A stretch of 32,000 nucleotides of DNA from Ruminococcus albus 7 = DSM 20455. Lineage in GTDB: Bacteria > Bacillota > Clostridia > Oscillospirales > Ruminococcaceae. Both the position numbers and the translations under genes were made by a program. The stretch's first letter is position 1, and every line of letters starts with the position of its first letter. Under the pieces are notes generated by a model, which saw only the letters and a list, made by a program, of their open reading frames with translations, had not been told where the DNA came from and searched no databases. The stretch spans positions 2,970,001 to 3,002,000 of the forward strand of contig NC_014833.1 in the NCBI RefSeq assembly GCF_000179635.2, written 5' to 3'. Shown piece by piece: positions 25,209 to 32,000 of the stretch.

Positions 25209-27467
25209 TTATTGTCCGTTCAGATCTTCAAGCTGAAGCTGACCCATATCATCACCGCTGACAGCCTGCATGAGCATCGTCCGCAGGGCTGTACATCTGC
25301 GGTTCTTGCCGTTATTCATTATCATGAAGCCCACTCTCTGAGCAGTGCCGAGTATAACTAACAGCTTTTTCGCCCTTGTTACCGCGGTATACAACAGGTT
25401 TCGGTAGTAGAGATTATCCATGCCGTCATAGAGGGTAAGTATGACCGCATCATACTCAGAGCCCTGACTTTTATGTACGGTGACGGCGTATGCAAGTTCA
25501 AGGTCATCCAGAATCTCACCGCTGTAATCAGCTATCCTGCCGTCAAAATCTATGGTGACTATCTTCAGTGAAGTCCTCACAGCTGTGACTATACCGATAT
25601 CACCGTTATACACACCTTTGCCGTTTTCCTCTTTTCCGCCGTCTGTGCGAGTCCAGCTTATCTCGTAATTATTGCGGGTCTGCATGACCTTATCTCCCAC
25701 ACGGTATATACCATAGGCAGTTTTCAGCTCAGCCTTTTTCTTATCAGGAGGATTAAGCTCCGCCTGAAGTATCTTATTGAGCTCGGGAGTGCCTATGCGC
25801 CCCTGTCTTGTGGGTGATAGCACCTGAATATCCCTTATCGGAGAGAAACCGTACTTCTTGGGAAGTCTGTCGCTGCAGAGTTCAACCAGTGTGGTATATA
25901 TATCCTCGGCTTCGGGGCGGCGGAGGTAGACAAAATCCCTGTCACGCTTTTTAAGGTCTATCATTTCTCCCGAAACTATCCTGTGGGCATTCATGACTAT
26001 GTCGGATTCCTGCGCCTGACGGAAGACCTCGGTCAGCCTTACTACGGACATTACACCGCTGTCAATGATATCCCGAAGTACATTACCCGGACCTACGGGC
26101 GGCAGCTGGTCACTGTCACCCACAAGTATCAGCTTGCAGGTAACGCTCAGCGCCCTCAGCAGGGCTTCAAACAGCACGCTGTCCACCATGGACATCTCGT
26201 CAACCACCATTACCTCACAGTCAAGCAGGTCATCCTCATCGTGTACGAACAGCATCCTGTCACCGTCAGAGGGTATGACTTCAAGAAGGCGGTGGATAGT
26301 TTTGGCTTCACAGCCTGTCATATCGCTTATACGCTTTGCCGCACGACCTGTGGGAGCGGCTATCATAACATCAAGACCCTGCTGTTCAAACAGGGAGATT
26401 ATGGCATTCAGAGTGGTGGTCTTGCCTGTACCGGGACCGCCGGTCAGGACAAGAAAGCCCTCGGATATTGCGAGGTTTATGGCTTTGCGCTGTTTCTCCT
26501 CATACTTTATGCCGCTCTCCTGCTCCTCCATATCGATTATCTCGGAGTAGTCGATCTTGTTATCATAGGTGATACTTCGCATGACATCAAGTCTTCTGGA
26601 AATATATTCCTCTGCCTTATAATAACAATGCAGCATGGCATATTTGACACCGCTTATATCCAGTTCAAAAATGTCCTGTTCCTCAAGAGCGATCTCTTTG
26701 ACTTTATCAAACAATTCTGCATTTATATCCAGCAGACGGACTGTATCACGTTTCAGTGTTTCTACAGGTATACAGGTATGTCCGCCCTCTCGCGCTGCAT
26801 TTCTCAGCACAAAAGCCATGCCCGCCCTTATCCGCTGCTCACTGTCACGGGGGATAAACTCTGCCTCGGCTATCTCATCTGCCTTTGAAAAGCCAAGCTC
26901 GATACCATCAGTACACAGAAGATATGGATTTGACTTTATCAGTTCTTCTGCCGAATTGCCCAGCTTTCTCCATGCGCGGACACCGTACTTTGTGGCTACA
27001 CCGTTCTTGCTCATATACACAAGCAGTGCCCTGGCGGCGAAGGTCTTTTTGAAATCCTCATGTATAGCATCGGCTTTTTTAGCGTCGATGCCGTTGACCT
27101 CGGTGAGACGTTCGGGCTCGTTTTCAATTATCTCAAGAGTATCACTGCCGAATGCAGCTACCAGACGCTTGGCGGTCACAGGCTTCACCGAATCCAGTGC
27201 TCCGCTGACCAGATAGCGAAGTATCGAAGCTTCTCCCGTCGGCAGACTTCTCTCAAACATCTGCACGCGGAACTGTTTACCGAAGGTACGGTGCTTTACA
27301 TACTCACCTGTAAGTATAACGCTCTCGCCTTCTTCGATATTGCCAAGTTCTCCCACAGCCTTGATAAGGTCATCACCGGTGTTGACATCTATGACACAGA
27401 AGCTGCCGTCATCGCTCTTGAACTGAACGCGGTCTACCTCGCCTTCTATTTTTTCCGCTTCACTCAT
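25209..27467 (-). CDS. recD2: RecD2-type SF1B ATP-dependent DNA helicase
   Basis: 752 aa from the ATG at 27467 (RBS GGGAGG). Walker A is GGPGTGKTT, motif II is VVDEMSMVD, and the C-terminal region reads ..[25 protein letters not shown].. Confidence 0.92.
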   Translation of the reverse strand: MSEAEKIEGEVDRVQFKSDDGSFCVIDVNTGDDLIKAVGELGNIEEGESVILTGEYVKHRTFGKQFRVQMFERSLPTGEASILRYLVSGALDSVKPVTAKRLVAAFGSDTLEIIENEPERLTEVNGIDAKKADAIHEDFKKTFAARALLVYMSKNGVATKYGVRAWRKLGNSAEELIKSNPYLLCTDGIELGFSKADEIAEAEFIPRDSEQRIRAGMAFVLRNAAREGGHTCIPVETLKRDTVRLLDINAELFDKVKEIALEEQDIFELDISGVKYAMLHCYYKAEEYISRRLDVMRSITYDNKIDYSEIIDMEEQESGIKYEEKQRKAINLAISEGFLVLTGGPGTGKTTTLNAIISLFEQQGLDVMIAAPTGRAAKRISDMTGCEAKTIHRLLEVIPSDGDRMLFVHDEDDLLDCEVMVVDEMSMVDSVLFEALLRALSVTCKLILVGDSDQLPPVGPGNVLRDIIDSGVMSVVRLTEVFRQAQESDIVMNAHRIVSGEMIDLKKRDRDFVYLRRPEAEDIYTTLVELCSDRLPKKYGFSPIRDIQVLSPTRQGRIGTPELNKILQAELNPPDKKKAELKTAYGIYRVGDKVMQTRNNYEISWTRTDGGKEENGKGVYNGDIGIVTAVRTSLKIVTIDFDGRIADYSGEILDDLELAYAVTVHKSQGSEYDAVILTLYDGMDNLYYRNLLYTAVTRAKKLLVILGTAQRVGFMIMNNGKNRRCTALRTMLMQAVSGDDMGQLQLEDLNGQ

Positions 27468-27795
27468 TTTTGACCTCCCATGTGTCCTTACCAAGTCTGC
27501 TTACTGTATCTGACAGTTCATCTGCCGACACCAGCCTGATGCCGTACTTTTCCGCAAGTTTGCATATACCCTGACCGAATCTGCCGTCAGCGCTTACGAC
27601 TATGACCTGTCTGCCGCAGACGCCCGATGCTTCTTCCTCCCTGATACAGCCGAGTACCGTCCTTTCGATATCTTTATCTTCCTCACGGTACCATATCACC
27701 ACAGCTGCAACATTGTTTCTGCTTTCCTCAGAAAGCATTAGCAATACCAGTACTGTCACAGTCAGCAGGAATATCACCGATGCCAATACTCCCAT
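27460..27795 (-). CDS. Small N-terminally membrane-anchored protein of unknown function
   Basis: 111 aa with one TM (VLASVIFLLTVTVLVLLML) and RBS GGGGTGA. Its 3' end overlaps the recD2 start by 8 nt, which suggests translational coupling. Confidence 0.55.
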   Translation of the reverse strand: MGVLASVIFLLTVTVLVLLMLSEESRNNVAAVVIWYREEDKDIERTVLGCIREEEASGVCGRQVIVVSADGRFGQGICKLAEKYGIRLVSADELSDTVSRLGKDTWEVKNE

Positions 27796-27900
27796 ACTCT
27801 CACCCCCGTCATTACAGTTTACAGATATGCTATGCTGTACGGGGCTGAAACGTTACGCCCCCGGGACCGGCTTGATGCGGTCCGGGGGGCATTAAAACGA

Positions 27901-28683
27901 TTACTTATCGAGTTTCAAAGACTTATATATCTCAGAAAACGTCTTATCCAGTTTCTCTCTGCGGCCATCCGAACAGAGGACACTGAACTGATATACCTTT
28001 TCTCCTACCACCTCTATATGCATCTCGACATAATTCTCGGTCATAGTAGTATCCTTATAACGGAACTTCAGCAAACCGCTGTCTTTTTCGACCAGATCAT
28101 AATCCTTGAGCTGATCGCTGAAAGCTTCGTTGAGTTCATCTGTAAAATCCGATTCAAGCGTTGCCAGCTTATCCTTGCCTTCGTAGTATTCCATAAGTGC
28201 ATCTACATTATTGGTTGCAGGCTGATTACTCAGTTCGGGGATAATGGTTTCCACATCATAAATAACGTATGTAAACTCCAGTTCGGTATTTGCATACGAC
28301 TTACATTCGTCGGAGTCCATGACCTCAAAGGATTGATCATCCACCGATCTCATAGATGCCGGAAGGGTGACCTCAAAACCTTTGAGTTTAACGGTGGTGC
28401 GCTTACGGTCATAAACGAAGAACACCAGTACAAAAGCCGCAAATATCAGCGCCACGAGAACTATGCTCATCATCTTGGGATCTACGCCCGAAAGGAAACG
28501 GCTGCGTCTCTCCTTTACGATCACTCCGCCGAACTTTTCTGCCTGTCGGCTGAATCCGTTATCGGCTGAACTGTCCTTACCCAGTGATACTTTTTTATCA
28601 GCAGCGACCTTGACGATATCTCCGCAGTTTTTGCAAATCGTATCGCCATCATTGATGATCGCTCCGCAGGTCTTACAAACCAT
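27901..28683 (-). CDS. Zinc-ribbon / single-TM / extracytoplasmic-domain protein (paralog B)
   Basis: N-terminal CKTCG..CKNCG, a TM at ~res 71-92 (MMSIVLVALIFAAFVLVFFVY), then a ~165-aa C-terminal domain. RBS AAGGGGG. Confidence 0.7.
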   Translation of the reverse strand: MVCKTCGAIINDGDTICKNCGDIVKVAADKKVSLGKDSSADNGFSRQAEKFGGVIVKERRSRFLSGVDPKMMSIVLVALIFAAFVLVFFVYDRKRTTVKLKGFEVTLPASMRSVDDQSFEVMDSDECKSYANTELEFTYVIYDVETIIPELSNQPATNNVDALMEYYEGKDKLATLESDFTDELNEAFSDQLKDYDLVEKDSGLLKFRYKDTTMTENYVEMHIEVVGEKVYQFSVLCSDGRREKLDKTFSEIYKSLKLDK

Positions 28684-28695
28684 ACTTCCGCCCCC

Positions 28696-29514
28696 TTATT
28701 TATCATACTCTATCGAATCATACATTTTCCTGAATTTGCTTATAAACTTGTTCTCTTTTTTCTTATTGCAGTATGCATAATACATATAACAGGAATCACC
28801 CTCGAAATCGATCATCATATCACAGAACCAATCTGTATCGTCTTCTGTAAAATAAAATCTCATGTGATTGCCAAGCTGATCTTTTTTCTCATAGCCTTTG
28901 ATCTCACTATCACTGCTCATAGCTGCATCCATGAACGGGAACATAAAGTTGAGGTATGTTTCCTCATCTCCGTCACCAAGTTCAAGATCTGACATATCAT
29001 ACTTGGAATATACGAAACCCATATCCCTGTTAGCATACGCAGTAACATCCTCTGCATCTACATCGCCGAATATCGTACTGCTCTTTTTTTCCACTTTCTG
29101 CGGAAAAGTTACTGTGATATCGCCTAAGCTTACTGTCTGCGGAGAATTATACTTTATCTGATAACCCAGAATGGATACCAATATAATAATGACAGTAATG
29201 AGAATACTTATCAGCTTGGTGGTCGGTATAGAAGCCGAGCGTTTTCTTGTATAACTGCCGCTGTCAAAAGACGAGTTCATGCCATAGTTACCGTAACCCT
29301 GACCGCCGCCATTCATACCGTAGTTTCCGTAACCCTGACCACCGCCGTTCATACCGTAATTGCCATAGCCCTGATTTCCGCCGTAGCCATAGCTGCTCTG
29401 CTGACCGTATCCTGTGTTGTTATACGCAGGACCCATTTCTGCTCTTCTTGTACCGCAGTTTTTACATTCGTTGTCTGTTGCGCCCAAAGGGGCACCGCAA
29501 ATAGGACAATTCAT
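28696..29514 (-). CDS. Zinc-ribbon / Gly-Tyr-Asn-rich linker / single-TM / extracytoplasmic-domain protein (paralog A)
   Basis: N-terminal CPICG..CKNCG, then a G/Y/N low-complexity region, a TM (LISILITVIIILVSILGY), and a C-terminal domain resembling the one in the downstream gene. RBS AAGGAG. Confidence 0.7.
   Translation of the reverse strand: MNCPICGAPLGATDNECKNCGTRRAEMGPAYNNTGYGQQSSYGYGGNQGYGNYGMNGGGQGYGNYGMNGGGQGYGNYGMNSSFDSGSYTRKRSASIPTTKLISILITVIIILVSILGYQIKYNSPQTVSLGDITVTFPQKVEKKSSTIFGDVDAEDVTAYANRDMGFVYSKYDMSDLELGDGDEETYLNFMFPFMDAAMSSDSEIKGYEKKDQLGNHMRFYFTEDDTDWFCDMMIDFEGDSCYMYYAYCNKKKENKFISKFRKMYDSIEYDK
29276..29383 (-). repeat. Three in-frame 36-nt tandem repeats inside the 28696-29514 CDS
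   Basis: On the + strand, repeat copies begin with TTCAT at 29276, 29312 and 29348. They encode about three copies of a GGGQGYGNYGMN-type dodecapeptide. Confidence 0.8.
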
Positions 29515-29604
29515 ATTCTGTTACTCCTTTGCTTTTTTCTTTTGTGTTACGCATTTATGTATATTCTATTATGTGAATATTCCGTAACCCGACTCAATTT
29601 CATA

Positions 29605-29638
29605 TAATTACAGCTATGCAGGGCGCACCCGTAGACAC
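29605..29638 (-). terminator. Stem-loop downstream of pnp (weak terminator)
   Basis: TATGCAGG (29605-29612) pairs with CCTGCATA (29631-29638). There is no clear T-tract on the minus strand. Confidence 0.35.
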
Positions 29639-29667
29639 GTCCTGCATAAAGCAATTATTTTTAAAAA

Positions 29668-31785
29668 TTATTCCTTGTTGGCAGCTCTCTTTGCAAGGTC
29701 AGCGAGAGCGTCCTTTCTTGACAGATTGATCCTGCCCTGATCGTCGATCTCCATTACCTTTACAACGATCTCGTCGCCAATGGAAACAACATCCTCAACC
29801 TTCTCGACTCTCTGATTGTCCAGCTTGGAGATATGTACCAGACCATCCTTGCCGGGAGCGATCTCAACAAATGCGCCGAAGTTCATTATACGAACTACCT
29901 TGCCCTTGTATATAGCACCGATCTCGGGATCGTTTGCGATAGTATTGATGATATTGATAGCCTGCTGTGCCTTCTCCTTATCAAGACCTGAAACGAATAC
30001 ACTTCCGTCCTCGGAGATATCGATCTTGACATCACACTCAGCGGAGATCTTCTGGATGACCTTTCCGCCTGAACCGATAACTTCTCTGATCTTATCAACA
30101 GGAACCTTGGTGGAGAGCATCTTGGGTGCCCACTTGCTGACCTCGGGTCTAACCTCGGGGATAGCCTTGAGCATGATCTCATCAAGGATATACATTCTTG
30201 CTTTTCTGGTCTTCTCGAATGCGCTTGCGATGATATCCATAGTCAGACCGTCTACCTTGATATCTACCTGTATAGCGGTGATACCGTTCTTGGTACCGCC
30301 TACCTTGAAGTCCATATCGCCGTAGAAGTCTTCAAGACCCTGGATATCTACCATTGTCATCCAGCTGCCGTCTTCCTTGGTGATAAGGCCGCAGGAGATA
30401 CCTGCAACGGGTTCCTTTATTGGAACACCTGCGTCCATCAGAGCGAGGGTAGAACCGCAGATAGAGCCCTGAGAAGTAGAACCGTTGGAAGAAAGGACCT
30501 CAGATACGCATCTGATAGCGTAGGGGAATTCATCAACGCTGGGCAGTACGGGAACGAGAGCTCTCTCAGCCAGTGCGCCGTGACCGATCTCACGTCTTCC
30601 GGGGCCTCTTGAAGGTCTAGTTTCACCAACAGAGTAGCTGGGGAAGTTGTACTGGTGCATATATCTCTTGCTGGTCTCTTCGTCAAGACCGTCAAGCTTC
30701 TGTGCATCGGAAACAGGGCCGAGAGTACAGATAGTCATTACCTGTGTCTGACCTCTGGTGAAGATACCGGAACCGTGAACTCTGGGCAGTACGCCTACTT
30801 CAGCAGCGAGAGGTCTGATCTCGTCGATGCCTCTGCCGTCAACACGCTTGCCCTCATAGAGCCAGTTTCTAACGATCTTCTTCTGCAGCTTGTAGAGAAC
30901 TTCCTCGAGCATAGCGCCCTGATCGGGATACTGCTCGTCATACTTCTCGTGAACTGCATCATATATAGGCTGCATTCTTGCATCTCTTATGTTCTTGTCA
31001 TCGGTATCGAGAGCCTTCTTAACGTCCTCGCCTACCATAGCCTCGATCTCGTCGAAGAGGTCGTGATCAACTTCCATAGACTCGAACTCGAACTTAGGCT
31101 TGCCGATCTCCTTCTGGATGCCCTTGATGAACTCTACCATCTTCTTGATCTCGGTATGGCCTGTTTCGATAGCCTTGAGCATCAGATCATCGGGTATCTC
31201 ATTAGCGCCTGCCTCGATCATAACGATCTTATCTGCAGAACCTGCAACTGTCAGGTTCAGTTCATTCTTAGCTCTCTGCTCCAGAGTGGGGTTCAGCACC
31301 AGCTCGCCGTCAACGTAGCCTACGTTGATAGAAGCAACGGGTCCGTTCCACGGGATATCGGAGATAGAGATAGCGATAGCAGCAGCGATCATACCTGTGA
31401 TCTCAGGTGAGTTATCGGGATCAACAGCCAGTACTGTCATAACAACAGTAACATCGTTTCTCATATCCTTGGGGAACAGAGGTCTGATAGGTCTGTCAAC
31501 ACATCTTGAAGTCAGTATAGCCTTATCACTTGCCTTGCCCTCACGCTTGGTGAAAGAACCGGGGATACGGCCTACTGCATACATCTTCTCCTCGAAGTCA
31601 ACGGAAAGAGGGAAGAAATCAACACCCTCTCTGGGCTTCTTGGAAGCTGTAACGTTAGCCATTACAACGGTCTCGCCGTATCTTACCCAGCATGAGCCGT
31701 TTGCAAGTCCGCAGGTCTTGCCTGTTTCTACAACTACAGGTCTGCCTGCATAAGTGGTCTCAAAAGTCCTTGCGTTCTCAAACAT
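29668..31785 (-). CDS. pnp: Polyribonucleotide nucleotidyltransferase (PNPase)
   Basis: 705 aa from the ATG at 31785 (RBS AGGAGG). It has two RNase PH domains plus KH and S1 domains (..YKGKVVRIMNFGAFVEI..GLVHISKL..). Confidence 0.97.
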   Translation of the reverse strand: MFENARTFETTYAGRPVVVETGKTCGLANGSCWVRYGETVVMANVTASKKPREGVDFFPLSVDFEEKMYAVGRIPGSFTKREGKASDKAILTSRCVDRPIRPLFPKDMRNDVTVVMTVLAVDPDNSPEITGMIAAAIAISISDIPWNGPVASINVGYVDGELVLNPTLEQRAKNELNLTVAGSADKIVMIEAGANEIPDDLMLKAIETGHTEIKKMVEFIKGIQKEIGKPKFEFESMEVDHDLFDEIEAMVGEDVKKALDTDDKNIRDARMQPIYDAVHEKYDEQYPDQGAMLEEVLYKLQKKIVRNWLYEGKRVDGRGIDEIRPLAAEVGVLPRVHGSGIFTRGQTQVMTICTLGPVSDAQKLDGLDEETSKRYMHQYNFPSYSVGETRPSRGPGRREIGHGALAERALVPVLPSVDEFPYAIRCVSEVLSSNGSTSQGSICGSTLALMDAGVPIKEPVAGISCGLITKEDGSWMTMVDIQGLEDFYGDMDFKVGGTKNGITAIQVDIKVDGLTMDIIASAFEKTRKARMYILDEIMLKAIPEVRPEVSKWAPKMLSTKVPVDKIREVIGSGGKVIQKISAECDVKIDISEDGSVFVSGLDKEKAQQAINIINTIANDPEIGAIYKGKVVRIMNFGAFVEIAPGKDGLVHISKLDNQRVEKVEDVVSIGDEIVVKVMEIDDQGRINLSRKDALADLAKRAANKE

Positions 31786-31910
31786 TAAATAAATCCTCCT
31801 GTCACTGTCCGGCAAAGGCTTTAGCATAAAGCGCAGAGTGCAGATTTTCCCGACTTTTACACTCTCCGTTCAATGCTAAAAAACCATCACGCGAACATAA
31901 TTTTACTGTT

Positions 31911-31954
31911 TTTAAAAACACCAAAAGGCAGTGGCGGTAGTCCGCCTCTGCCTT
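31911..31954 (-). terminator. Terminator/attenuator hairpin between rpsO and pnp
   Basis: On the minus strand, AAGGCAGAGGCGG-ACTA-CCGCCACTGCCTT is followed by TTGGTGTTTTT. Confidence 0.6.
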
Positions 31955-31970
31955 GATGATCTTAACTTGA

Positions 31971-32000
31971 TTACTTACGGATACCCAGCTTATCGATAAC
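31971..32000 (-). CDS. rpsO: 30S ribosomal protein S15, last 9 codons only
   Basis: The reverse strand reads ..VIDKLGIRK-stop. The conserved position immediately upstream of pnp supports the call. Confidence 0.6.
   Translation of the reverse strand, partial: VIDKLGIRK

Overview
This looks like a chromosomal segment from a low-GC Gram-positive anaerobe, probably a cellulolytic Ruminococcus-type member of the Clostridia. Supporting signs are a dockerin module, GH16, GH39 and GH127 enzymes, a T-box leader and GGAGG-type ribosome-binding sites. Most of the window is ordinary. It holds a partial secreted GH16 lichenase, a CitE/HpcH-like enzyme and a dockerin-CAP protein. An asparagine block follows: Asn T-box, small Zn-ribbon ORF, asnS, a membrane protein and asnA. 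Next come a MacB/FtsX-type ABC exporter with an OmpR/HisKA two-component system, an orphan GAD-like/DUF1851 gene, and a xylo-oligosaccharide locus (LplABC-type ABC importer plus GH39 beta-xylosidase). The rest is a metallophosphoesterase, a MecA-like adaptor, GH127, an operon of small membrane protein, recD2 and macro-HTH, two paralogous Zn-ribbon membrane proteins, pnp and the 3' end of rpsO. The unexplained material is non-coding. (1) An ~810-bp block at 8107-8916 directly abuts the asnA stop codon and consists of two opposed arrays of 88-95-bp tandem repeats around a unique core; I cannot assign it to any described element class. (2) A MITE-like element is present twice (4030-4188 and 12304-12514), each copy flanked by direct repeats and lying just upstream of a regulated gene. 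(3) A 306-bp near-symmetric compound palindrome (2295-2600) fills a convergent intergenic gap, with compensated base-pair changes in its mirrored hairpins. I saw no CRISPR array, rRNA, tRNA, transposase or integrase in the window. All calls come from reading the sequence and the ORF translations; no searches were run.
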